From the NCBI GenBank assembly GCA_943704425.1, contig CALSCP010000942.1, positions 1 through 36,560 on the forward strand: a DNA stretch of 36,560 nucleotides, written 5' to 3'. The first letter of the stretch is position 1. Every line of letters starts with the position of its first letter. The stretch comes from Ministeria vibrans ATCC 50519. Lineage: Eukaryota; Protista; Filasterea. A program made the translations under genes and the position numbers. Under the pieces are notes generated by a model that was not told the origin of the DNA, did no database searches, and saw nothing but the letters and a program-made list of their open reading frames with translations. Below, one piece after another: positions 1 to 12,800 of the stretch.

Positions 1-260
<260 letters not shown>

Positions 261-341
261 GTTTTTCGTCCCCATCCCATCTTCACACCGCCCCCGCCCC
301 TCTTCTGCTCCTTGTTCATTCCAATCCACCATTCGGCTCAC

Positions 342-601
342 CTGGGCGTGTGCGGCCAAGTGCGTCGGCGTCTGTGGTCGTCGTGGAGAGCGAGTTGGCC
401 CGTCGCACCGCAATGACTTCGCCGAGCCGTCGCTCAGCCGATTCCATGATTTTCGGCTGAACCAGCAGGCGGGTACCAACGGGAATTGGGGTTTCATCGC
501 TGACTGCATGAAGAACAGGCGGGTTTACAAGGGATTCACGAGGTTCACGCGACAACAGTGCAGCATGTACCACTCGGTAACGGAGAGGAGGGGCCCGCCA
601 T
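342..601 (-). CDS. 5' exons of a gene running off the window start; Tudor-knot/chromo-barrel-like N-terminus, possibly a MYST acetyltransferase (Esa1/Tip60/MOF type)
   Basis: ATG at 601, exon 601-571, GT-AG intron, exon 503-342 ending at a GTGAGC donor. Spliced: MAGPSSPLPSVSDETPIPVGTRLLVQPKIMESAERRLGEVIAVRR..., resembling the 'G.rl.V....laEIl.vr' start of MYST chromo-barrel domains (recalled). Confidence 0.45.
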
Positions 602-918
602 CGCGCTCGTCGTTGCTGGGGGGGGGAGAGAGAGAGAGAGGGTGTGCCGACTGCGGACTGACAAAAAAGGCGAAAGGCCAAAACTTCGAAGTTGTTAAGA
701 TGAATAATGAATGAGTCTGTGTCAGACGTTCTTTTTTTAAAGATCACACAGTTTGTCAGTTCACTCTACTCTGATCACTTCAGTGATCACTCTTAAAATA
801 CATCTTCTGTCACAAGTGACTACCTGCTGTGCTTTTCGTCCTACACTCCCTGGAGTCCTGGATACCCCCCATTGCTTTCCCATTGGTAGTGTCGTTGGCG
901 CTTTGATTTTTCAAGCGG

Positions 919-3900
919 ATGGCTTCATTCGTCATTGCCGCCCTTGGCGCCCTCGTGGGCGAGGCGCTTGCCTCGGGCAACACCACAGCACCACCGGATC
1001 ACGGGGGTGGCGTTCACATTGCCAAAATTGAGGTGAGCCATTCGCATATAACTCTGTTCGTTATGGCCTGACTCCCTCTGCGCGCTTGTCTGCCGCCGCC
1101 TCCCCTTCCCAGTGGGAGCATGTCAAAACACCCTTCCTGGTAACCGTCTTTCTGGTCGTGGCGGTCTTTGCGCGCATCAGTATGAGATCTCATTGAGCCA
1201 ATCGAGAGAAAAGTGCACTGACCCTGTCCGATAGTTTACCATCGCCCTGGACGCATCACGGAGCGATTTCCCGAGTCGTGCGTCATCATCTTACTGGGCG
1301 TGATTGTGGGCCTTCTTGTGTGGGCCGTCGACAGTCGCAGTGACGTGAAATTCGATGTGGACACATTCTTTCTGTACATTCTGCCTCCCATCATATTCGA
1401 AGCGGGCTTCTTCGTCAACAACAAACGCTTCTTCAGCAACATTGGCGCTATTCTCCTCTTTGCCATTCTCGGCACCCTCATTAACACCTTTCTTATTGGC
1501 GGTGCGCTCTACGGTCTCGCTCAGGCCAACATGTTCGGCTTCAGTCTCACCTTTGTCGAGTCGTGTGTGTTCAGCTCGCTCATTAGTGCAGTCGATCCGG
1601 TAAAACGCACAGTCCGTCAAGAGCAGCCGTGACTGTAATGTTGTGTTACATGCAGGTGGCAGTGCTGGCAGTGTTTGAGGAAGTCCATGTGGACGCGACG
1701 CTTCACGTGATTGTGTTGGGAGAGTCCATTTTAAATGGTACACTCGCTCACATTTGCAAGTCTCTCCCTTTCTTATGTGTATTGTTTCTCGTAGATGCTG
1801 TTTCTGTGGTTCTCTATCGTACCTTTGTAGCGTTTACTGCTCAACCGGAAATCACTGGAACTGACGTGGGAAAAGTAAGAGAGAGAGCGAGCGAGATAGA
1901 TTGAGAATCAATGGAATGTGTCTGATTGTGTGTGATAAATTGATAGGGAGTTGCCAGTTTTTTTGTGGTTGGAATCTGTGGAACACTGATTGGTGTTATT
2001 ATTGCGCTATTGGGAGCATTTACAACAAGATTTACACAGCATGTGCCAGGTGAGACAGTTTGAGAGACTTGGTTAAGCATTGCACGAGAGTCAAAGTGAG
2101 AGTTACAGAAAAAGAGTGACGAGTCACAGTGTCATAAGAGTGAGAGTTGCTGTAAGTGAGTGAGACATCAGAGTAAGTATGATTTTATTGGGCGACAGTG
2201 AGTGAGCGAAAACACCATCAGAGTGAGCAATCATGGGCATGAGAGAGACGCAATGAGACTCTTTCAGTGACAAGCACACTCACATCATTTCTGCTCTTTT
2301 TTCATATTATAGTTATGGAACCCATGTTGATTCTCTCATTCGGTACCACACACAGAGTAAAACTCGTCCTTCTCACCCACACATTCTTCTTGTTTTATGC
2401 AGGCTACTTGGCCTATCTTTGTGCGGAAGTTTTTGAGCTGTCGGGCATTCTTTCGATTCTTTTTGCCGCAATGATCCTTCGACATTATTCTCAGCATAAC
2501 ATACAACCGGAGAGTCTCACTGCGACCAGCTACAGTGTCAAAATGCTCGCGTAAGTTCTTAATTATTATCAAATCAATATTCATATTCACGTTGTAAATC
2601 ATTTTCTGCTATAGAATGATCACCGAGTCCATTGTGTTTATGTTTCTGGGTATTTCCCTCGTGAGCGAGGACCACGCGTGGAATGGGCTCTTCATTGTCT
2701 TTACCCTCATTTTCTGCTTTGTCTTTCGCGTTTTCAGTATGACTGAGCATAAATTAAAGGTGAATGGCTCAAGGCGATTTTGTTTTGTTGTAGGCACAAT
2801 TATTCTAACGGCAATTGCGAATCGTTTTCGAGTGGTGAAGGTATGAGAATGTTTAAAACAAAACAATAATTATTAGGAAACTTAACAATTGATGTAGATT
2901 GACCGCTCAGATCAATTTGTGCTCTCGTATGGGGGCTTGCGAGGAGCGGTTGCGTTTTCGCTTGCGTTTGTGTTGGACGAGCAGTCTATTCCTGCTCGAA
3001 ATATCTTTGTCTCGACGACCTTGGTCGTCATTCTCTTTACTGTGTTCATTCAGGTAGCTCTCACAATATTTTTTACATCGACCTCACTCCTGCTTCTCTT
3101 TTAGGGTACGACTATTCGCCCCTTATTGGATCTGCTGAATATCAAACGAGAGAGTGAACATCACGAGTCACTCGCTGAGAGAATTCTCCCTAAGGTATCT
3201 CATATGATATATTCTGATTTTTTGACTCACTCGTTTTGCTTTTTCGCTCTGTTATGCTCAGCCGTTACATCACGTCACAGCTGCTATGAATGCGCTCTAT
3301 GGAAACACCACTGCAAACAAAGGAATTCTTGTACATCGCGCTCATTATGTATGATTATTCTCACTGGTTTCCTTGATTTTTAGACTTGGTTTCGACGAAT
3401 TGACTCAAAGTACCTTAAACCCATATTGGAAAAGAGAGTTGTCACCGAATCAGATCAGCTGATGAGCAAATTGGATGAGCTGCTTCACCAGTGAGAACCG
3501 CACAACACGCACCTTCACAATCACTCACGCTCCTTCTTATTCCTTCAACACTTTGTGCAGGCAAATGATGAGTGACATTAAAGCGAGTCATTCAGTGGGC
3601 AAATTTCCTGCAGGACTCTCAGTTGAACAATCCCATGCAATCCGAAGGTATAATGAAGACATTTCGTTTATGATAATAATTGTATCCTCTCTTTTTGTTT
3701 TTTTTTTGTTGTTTTTTTTTTGTAGGAGTGTCAACGCACAATCGCACTCAGTGGAAGAGACAGTTCGAAACCGATCCGATCAAACGTAAAAGCTAACAAT
3801 AATCTCTCCTCTTTATTTGTTCTTTCTTTCTTTTTCTCTTTTCAGCACTTTGTTTCTCTCTCCCTTCTCTCCCTCCTCTCTCTCTATCACTTTGTTTTTC

Positions 3901-6722
3901 TCTCCCTCCTCTCTCTCTATCACTTTGTTTCTCTCCCTCCTCTCCCTCCTCTCTCTCTCTCTATCGCTTTGTTTCTTTCTTTTTTTCTTCTCGATGACTG
4001 ACAATCTCTTTCTCACTCACGCACTTATGCTACTAGACTGACCGATCGAACGTACTCAATGCAAACACTGGACGCGCACGAACAAGCGGCGGCATCCGAA
4101 TCAGCACACTTGCTCTCCGCATCGCATGCGGGCCACCATGCACTCGCTGCACGCGCACTCAGTCACAATCGTGAGGCTGTGTCGCATTTCCACAGTGGTC
4201 AGAGTCAGAGCAAGGGTGGGAATGACATGGAAATGAGTAGCAGCGGTGTGAGAGCTTCTTCTGCCTCAATGGTTCGCAACGTCTCGGCGTTGGATCTGCT
4301 GCTTTTGGCCGCGCCTAAACGGGACACGTTCGTTGATGTGGAGAGTGCTGAAGGAGGTTCCATGGATGGCACTGCTGTTGACCTCACTGATGAAATCACG
4401 GCTGACCGTTCCTCTACCACCACCACCGCCGCCGCCGCTGTTCCCTCTGCTTCTTCTGAACTCTCTGATGACCATGCATTCCGCCTCGGTCGCAAACGCT
4501 ATGCTCTCACGCGTCCCGCAGAGTCGCAACAGGAACGGCGCGACAACAACACTCTCCAGCTGGTCACCATGCTCATGCACCGTCAGCGTCTTGCCCAGCA
4601 GCAGCAGACAGTGCTTGCTCCTGACCGCTCCTCCTACAACACATCCCACCACCAGCAAGCAGGCACCTCATCCACATCGACATCGTCGTCGCACCACCAT
4701 CATCATCACGCATCGTCGGCTGCTTCAGCTGCCGGTGTCGCTGCCGATGAGAAACGTCGTCACTTTGCCTCCAGCAAACACCATCGGCCTTCCTCAACAG
4801 CCTCCCATCGTAACTCCTCCATTGCCTCAAACACCTCCACAGACCACTCGGTTGCCATCAACGCCTCAACGGCCACTCCTACTCCCGCAACGACCCCGGC
4901 CATCACACCCGCCTTCACTCCCATTGGTCCCTCAACCAATGTCAGCGGCGAGACCACTCGCTCCGTGTCTCCCTCTGTCACATCTGCCTCTGACCTTTCC
5001 ACCGTCGCCTCTTTTGCCGCTCTTGTCCCTCCATCCACGACCACCGAACTCATTCCTTCTTCATCCGCTTCCTCTATGATTTCCGACCGTCGCCCCAACC
5101 TCTCTCCCCTCATTCTCCCTCCTTCCAGCACACCTATCGACTCCAACTCTCGCATCGCTTCACCACAGCCTCCTCCCTCCGCGACCCCTTCCCTCGAAAG
5201 AAGCGAGAAGAAACGTCACCACCACCACCACCACCACCACCACCATCGCCATCATGACCAGTCCAAAAGACACAGTGCTCAGCCTCCCCCGTCAACAACA
5301 AACCCCTCCTCCTCCTCCTCGGCTGCCGCACGCGACAATGCCATCCCCAGCCGTCACTTGCATGCTGCTCTCACACCCGTCGACGCTGCGCCACTCGATG
5401 AGCTTTCCGCCCCTTCGTCAACAACATCCGTCGCTGTTGACGAGGTCGTGCGCTCCTCACGAGCTCACAACGTCCACAACACCTCCTCAGGGCACCACCA
5501 CCACAGCAGCAGCAGCAGCAGTCGCCACCGACCCCAGAGTGCCGTACCACTCAGCTCCAGTAACGCTCTCTCAAGCTTTACCAGCACCGACGGAGCAGTG
5601 TCCCCCACGCTGGCTAGTCGCCACCTGCACGCTGCGCCCGCCCTTGACTCAGCCCCCCTCGACGAGCTTCTCCACTTGGTGCACGATGTCCAGGCACTCG
5701 TCATTGACGAAGCAGTGCGCTCCACCCCCGCACGCAACATCAACTACGGTGCACCCGCTCACCACCACCACAGCGGCAGCAGCAGCGCAGAGCACTCGTC
5801 GCAACGCCACCACAGCCGCCACCGACCACAGAGTGCCATGCCCCTCGGTGCTTCCACCTCCTCCCACCAGCAAGACTATCATCATCACCACCACAGCGGC
5901 AACAGCAGCAGCAGTGCTCGTCACCATCAGCACCGCGACTCCAGCTTAAGCAATTCCTCAGCCATGGGCACTGCGACCACTTCCACAGCCACAGCCGAGG
6001 CCGCCTCTTCGTCCCATCACCACCATCATCACCATCATCACCGCTCTCGCTCCCGCTCCCGCCCTAACTCCTCACTCGACACCCCTACGTCCACAGCCCC
6101 CTTTAGCTCTACACTGGGGCCTCTCTCTGCCAACTCCTCTGCTGCCAACACCACCAGCAACTCCCCAGTGCCAGAGTCATCCAGTCCTGACACTTCAAAT
6201 CCAATGGCTCCCCCGTTGACCACTCCGACATCTTCCACCTCCACCAAGCGCACCTCAGACATGCCTCGTCCCGCCTCCATCAATGCCAATCTCGCCGACC
6301 ATCACCTTACCAGCGACGAGCTCCGTGCCGCCGGCCACGCCGCCCTCCTCTCGCACACCCTTGCCTCCGACGACACTGTCAAAAATCGTCTCCTCTCCGG
6401 CGTGTTCCGCTTTGGCCGCAGCAACCGTCCCGGTTCCTTCACCAACCCGCGTACTGGCTCACTCCGCAGCTCCACCATCGACACGTCTACCCTCAGCGAC
6501 CACCGCGCGAAGAAGTCCGGGCTCCGCCCCATCTCAACGACCTCAAGCACCTCCTCCTCTACCGCGCCCGCCCCCTCTGCCCTCCGTCGCTCCTCTTCCT
6601 CTGGCCGTCTTGCCGGTCGCTCCTCTAGCCTCGTACCTCCCCAACCAACTCAAGCCCCTCCTGCCGACGCAAAACCGCGCACTCCTCCTCCGTCACCCGT
6701 CAACATTGAAGAGAGACTGTAG
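919..6722 (+). CDS. Na+/H+ exchanger (CPA1/SLC9A family, plasma-membrane NHE-like), multi-exon, with ~890-aa low-complexity last exon
   Basis: In-frame GT-AG spliced exons give NHE motifs: [118 protein letters not shown]. Last exon 4037-6722; AATAAA right after the stop. Confidence 0.95.
3813..3990. repeat. Intronic (CT)n compound repeat with ctatcactttgtttc units
   Basis: Reverse complement of the unit at 1-260, inside NHE intron 3786-4036. Confidence 0.85.
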
Positions 6723-6820
6723 CAATAAAAAATCTCTCTCAAGTTCAGTACAAATTACAAAAAACTTGAATACTTTTTTTTCCTTTTTCTTTCTTTCTCT
6801 CTCTCTCTCTCTCTCTTCAC

Positions 6821-9800
6821 ATGCAAACTCTTGCCGTGCGATGGGCCAACTCACACTTAGCCCGTGCAAATGAAAAGACAATCGACAGCATTGCAGAGGA
6901 TCTGCGCGACGGATTGCTTCTCTTCAGACTTGTTCTTCTCGTACGAACACACATAATAAGAAAAATATTATCGCACAATGTTAACACCATTCGCCCAAAA
7001 AGGTCACTGAAGAGCCGCGCGATGCGCCCGACACGGGAGATGAACGCCTAAACACCCTTGGGAGGCTGCAGGCAGTCATCGACCGGGCGTTCCGCGAGCA
7101 GGGCCCGCGCGCACGAATCCTCCCGCAGAGCATCATCGATGGAAGCGAGACGGAGACGCACGAGCTGCTCGCGCGCCTCATGGACCTCGAGATTGAGCTC
7201 ACCGTCGATGGCTCGCTGCACGGACGCGAAGCGCTCCTCGCCTGGGCGCAGCGCTCCATCAGTGGCTCTGCGTCTGCTAATATGCCATCGCCGCTGAGCC
7301 TCGCTGGCTCATTCGCCTCGGGCGAAGCCTTTTGCACTCTCCTCGCCGCCCACACGCTGCTCCCCGGCTACGATGCGCGAGTCGTCAAACACCAGAGTGC
7401 TGCAGACAACATTCAACTTGTCCTCAAGGTATTTATAATTATGATTTATGCGCTCTGTTTCACACTCCCCCCTCTCCCCCGTGCTCTGCAACCCGCTTTC
7501 GTCACGCGCAGTCGACAATGCCGCATGCGTTCCTCACGGCCGACGACTTTGAGGATGACTTTCAAAGGGCAACATTGGCTCTGCTGGTGTCGGTGCAGCG
7601 GCTGGCTCTGCACCGGACCAGGGCAGCCGAGGCGGGTGCGCGGCTGGTGCGCATGTGCACGGCAATCAAGGAGACCAACGACATGCAGTGTGAGTACGTC
7701 GAGCGTGTCTCTGACTTGCTCCGCTGGATCCACTTCGCCTCTGCCAAGCTCAGCGACACTCCACGGGCCTCCACCGACACTGAGCTGCAACACATGCACG
7801 GCAACCTCACAACATTCCGCACATCTGAAAAGAACCCCAAGGTAGAATCATACAGAGTATACACGACACTGCACTTCATTGTTAATATTGTTGGTTTGTA
7901 GTTTGCTCAAAAGGTGGACATTGAAGCAATGTTCCTTGCTCTTCAGACCAAACTCCGGGCCACCAATCGTCCGTTGTTTGTGCCACCGCCTGGCAAATCG
8001 CTCGACGACCTTGTCACGGCATGGAGAGCTCTTGAGCAGAGCGAAAAGACCCTCGAGGATGACATTCAACAGCAACGTGAGCGCTTGCGCAAACTCGAAG
8101 AGACCGCCACACGATTCCGACGCAAGGTTGGTCTGCGACTCCGTTGGCTTGAAGACATCAAGGTATAACATTATTATTCTCTTAATAACACGATAATATT
8201 AATAATAATAATAATTATCTAATAAAATAATATGCATTTAGACCCAATTGATGTTCATGGACTTTGAGCTGAGTGCGTCGTCCCTGGATGCGGCCCGCAA
8301 GAAGCAAGAGGCGTTTGAAGTGGACGTCTTGACACACCAGGAGCGCATTGACACACTGCTCATGACAGCGGAGGAACTTGCCGAGGAAAACTACAAGGAC
8401 GACTCTGGCGAAGTACGTCTTAATGCTGAGATTGTCGAGGAGGAGTGGGGTTCCGTGCTGTTGTTGGTTCAAGAGCGTCGCAAAAAGGTAAACAAACAAT
8501 AATAATAATAATAAATTATTATTATTATAATTATTATTATTATTATTATTATTATTATTTTTATTATAATCTTACTTTTGTAGATCGACTCTTTGTTCGG
8601 TGTGCTGAAAGTGTACCAGGACATCAGTGCGGCGGATCAGGCCATTTGGGAGACATCATTGGTGACATGTTCGGATCATTTGGGTATCGGCGTACAGGGT
8701 GTCCACGACCAACGTGCAAAGCTGGCTGTCGCCCAGCAACAACTCGACAAGTGTGTATTGCAGGTGACGGCGATTGAGCGTGTCGCCGAGCGCTTTCGAG
8801 CGGAGAATCACTCTGAGTCGTCGGTCGTGACAGATCGACACGAGTCGCTGGCTCGACAGCTTCAGGGTGCTCTCAGTGCCGCCCAACGTCGCGACACTGC
8901 TTTACGCGAGCGCCTTGAGGTGGAGCAGATCGTGCAGGATCTCGAAGAGGAGGACACCATTCTCGTGGAGTTTGATCGCATTCTCGCGTCGTCGCGAGAA
9001 CTTGGCAAGGACCTCACGGGCGTGCACAGCCTTGTCGAGCGACACGAGCAGCTCACGAGCTCGCTGGGCGCTCACGAAGTGCGTTTGCTAGACATGCAAC
9101 GGCGTGCGGCGACGCTGCACGCCGACGAACAGCGCGAAGATGTCGGCAATGCACTCGCGGCCATCAATCGGCATTGGCAAGCGATCAAGGAGGCCATGAC
9201 GGCCCGTCGGGATGCCCTTGCAGAGTCTCGTGCTGCCCACGTGTACGCTGTTGAGGTGGACGAAACGCTGACGCTTGCGAGCGAAAAAGCCGTTGTGTTT
9301 GCGAGCGAACTCGTCGGTGGCGACTACGACTCAACGACTGCACTGCTCAAACGCCACGACGCTGTGCTTGACGATCTTCGTGCTCTTGAGCAACACATTG
9401 AGGCCCAGCAAGAGCAAGGCGATGCGCTCAAACGCACGACGGTTCATCGTGAACTGGCGTGTGCTCTCATCAGCGAGAAACAGTCACTCCTACAGAGTCG
9501 CATGGGGGAACTGCAGACGCAAGCAGACGATCGCAAACGTCGCCTGACGCGCCAGCTCTCCTTTCACCAGTACCACGCAGATCTTGCCGATGTGGAGTCG
9601 TGGATGATGGGCTGTGAGGAGACAGTGAGCAAGCATGAGCAGTTGTTGAGCCATCGCAAGAACAAAAAAAAACCCAAGACGAAGATGAATCAAGAGAAGA
9701 TGAAGGATGGCATTGATGCTACCGAAGTCAAAGACGACGATGACGACGACGACGACACGGATGACGACGACGACGATAATGATGATGATGACGACGAAGA

Positions 9801-12800
9801 GGACACAGCCGTGGACAAGAGTGGCAAGAATGCGTCAGAGTTACCGGCACGTCTGCACAAACGGTACGGTGATCTGCAACGCGAGCTGAAGGCACACGAA
9901 CGACGAGTGCCCGACGTGTGCCAGGCGGCCGACGCGCTCATTGGCGAGGCGCATCCTGAAAGCAATGCGATTGCAAGTGAGCGCGACACACTCTTCAATC
10001 GATGGCGCAAACTCGAGGCGCTCGTGGCCAAACGTGTGCGCGTGGTGGGGGCCGCACAGGAAGTGCGTGCACACGAGGAAAGCCTCGATGCCATTGTGGC
10101 GCTTATGGAAATGAAAAAGGCACCACTGATGCGCGAAGAGACGGGCAAGGATGTTGAGGAGGTGGAGAGCTTCCAGCGACAATGTGACGCGGCGACGCGC
10201 GACCTGGAGACGTTAGCACGTCGACTGGTCGAGAAGAATGACGAGACGGAGCGACTCGCTGCAGCACATCCCGTCCTTGCCAAAGACTTGCGTGCAAAAC
10301 AGCGTGTGACAGTGCGCAAGCTGGAGCAGCTGACGCGACGAGTGGTGGATCGCAAGAAACGACTCAATCGTGCCTTTGAGCACTTTGCCTTTACCACACT
10401 GCTCAAGGAGACGACAACGGAACTCGGGGCCATTCAACAGCTCATGATCACCGAAGAGCTGCCACGCAACCTGATCAAGGCGGAGGCGGACATGAGCAAC
10501 CACAAGGCACTGCGTGAGCGCCTGAAACGCGCGGGCGAGCGCTGCAAAATGTGTCTTGAGTCGGGATCGTCGCTTGTGTCCGGCAAAGACTCAGTCTCGT
10601 CGCTCGTGTCGTCGCAGCTCAAGAAGCTCATGGTCCGTAAGGATCGCCTTGACGGCCACTGGGAACTGCGACGCGTCCAACTGATGACGACGCGTGACAT
10701 GCTCTCGTTCTACCGTGACGCGGACCAGGCCGACTCGTGGATGGCCAGCGGTGAGGCGCTGCTTAGCGACAACGACTGTGGCGATTCGTACTTTGCAGCC
10801 GAGTCGCTTTTGCGCAAGTACAACGAGTTTATGCGCACCATGCCGGCCGCGTCGGACACCATCGCCGCAGTGGATGCGTTTGCGCGTGGCATTGGTGATG
10901 CAGTGGAGGCGAGTGATCGTGAGAGAGTGCTTGGGCGCATTCGCCATGTGATGGAGCGCTGGGACAAGTTTGTGTCGCGCGCCATGGTGCGCGGTCGGGC
11001 ACTGGAGGCGAGCATGAACCTGCACAAGTTTTATCGACAGGTCCAGGAGGCGTCCATGTGGCTGGAGACACGTCGTAAGTACGCCGAGGACGACTCGTTC
11101 AAGCAGAGCCTCTCGCATATGGACAGCAAGCGTCGCAAGCACCAGGAGATCACTGCCGAAATCCAAGTACGACAGTCCCAGCTTGCCCTTGTCCTTGAAG
11201 ATGGTCAGGCTCTCATTTCGGGCGCCACTCTGCCCGGTGGTGATGACTCGGCTAAAATGACAAAGAGTGCTGCGTCGCCGACGCCGCCGTTGCCTCACCC
11301 CGAAGCTGACACTGTGCGACTTCGCATCCGACACGTCCGCGATGGGCTTGAGGCATTGATGCACGCCATGAACACCAAGGAGACCGCCCTGAACGACTTG
11401 CACAGTGTCGCGGCACTACACCGCGAGACGGACACGCTCGAGGATTGGGCACAGGGTGCGCTGGCACTGCTTCAATCGCTGGACACGAGCAGAGACCTTG
11501 CTAGTGTACAGGCACAGTGGCGCAAACTGCATGTGATTGTTGACGATGTGGCCAAGCATCGCGATGCTTTTCCGGCCATTGCGGCCACGGCACAAGCACT
11601 GCTGGACCGCGACTGTACCGGCGCGGAACTCGTCAAGGCCAAAAAGGCGTCGCTCCTGGAGCTGCAGGCGCAACTGAATCACGCTGTGGAGTCGCAGCGA
11701 GTGGTGCTGGTGGAGGCCGAGAAGTTTTACACACTCACCCGCGATGCGGACGAACTGTCGTCGTGGCTGCACGATCACAGTGTGATCACGGAGCAGCTGG
11801 TGGCGTCGCCGGACCTGTCGAGTGATCGCATTGAAACGCTAATCAAGAAGTGTGCCAAGCATCGCGATGGAATGTCGGCGAACCGCGAGCGAGTTCACGC
11901 ACTTGAGGGCTCCGCCAAGGCACTCTCTTTTGACAAGCACCCACGCGCCGATGAGGCTCGCCAACTCATTGGGCAGCTGCGCGATGAATGGGATAATGTG
12001 CAGGCGGGCATTGACGCGAAACAGGTGGCGCTGGCGGAGGCGCTGAAGGTTCAGGATTTCTATCGAGAGACTGACGAGGTGACGCTGTGGATGCGTGACA
12101 AGCTTGAGGACATGGAGAATAATGTGGTGCCGGGCCATGACCTGCAACTGGTGCAGACAATGCAGCGGCACGCCGAAGTGCTTAAGGCGGACGTGGGCCG
12201 TGTGCGTCTCAAGGTGACAGCGCTCGAGCGTGAAGCAGCACGCTTTGCCGAGAGCCACGAGGACCACCGAGAGAGGATTGAGGAGCGACGTGTAGGAGCA
12301 GTGAATGCACTGCATGCGCTTGTGATTGCACTTTCCGAGCATGGTGGCCAGCTGCAGGCGGCTCTTGACTATCAGGGTTTTCTGACCAGCGTGCGCGAGT
12401 CACTTTCGTGGGTGGGCGACATGCAGCGCAAGTTTCACTCGGACGACATTGGGTCGGACTTGGCTACGGCCGAGGCACTCAGCGCACAACATTCGCTGGA
12501 TGGGCGCACCGTCGAGGAGTACAGCGAGAGCAAGGTGGGCTTTGTCGAGGAGGTGGGCGAGTCGCTGCTACAGGCAGCGCATCCGTCGCGCGCTGAGATT
12601 GTCGAGAACTTGGGGCTGCTCAAGGCGGAAGTGGCGACAACACGCGCGCTCTGGCGTCAGCGTAGCGCTCGTCTTGAACTGCACTGTGAAGAGCTTGACT
12701 TTGACGGTGAGAAGCAGAAAATCCAAGCGTGGTACCAGGGTGCACGCGAGACGATTGGGGCGGGATCGACACTTGAGGAGCTGTCGCACGGACAGGGCAA

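Noticed and set aside
2050-2311. Longer NHE intron with degenerate gagtga/gagagt motifs as a mobile element
   Set aside because: No terminal repeats or target-site duplication seen; looks like decayed simple sequence.
919-3800. Alternative genetic code or non-canonical splicing suggested by fragmented ORFs
   Set aside because: All junctions checked resolve with GT-AG introns and the standard code.
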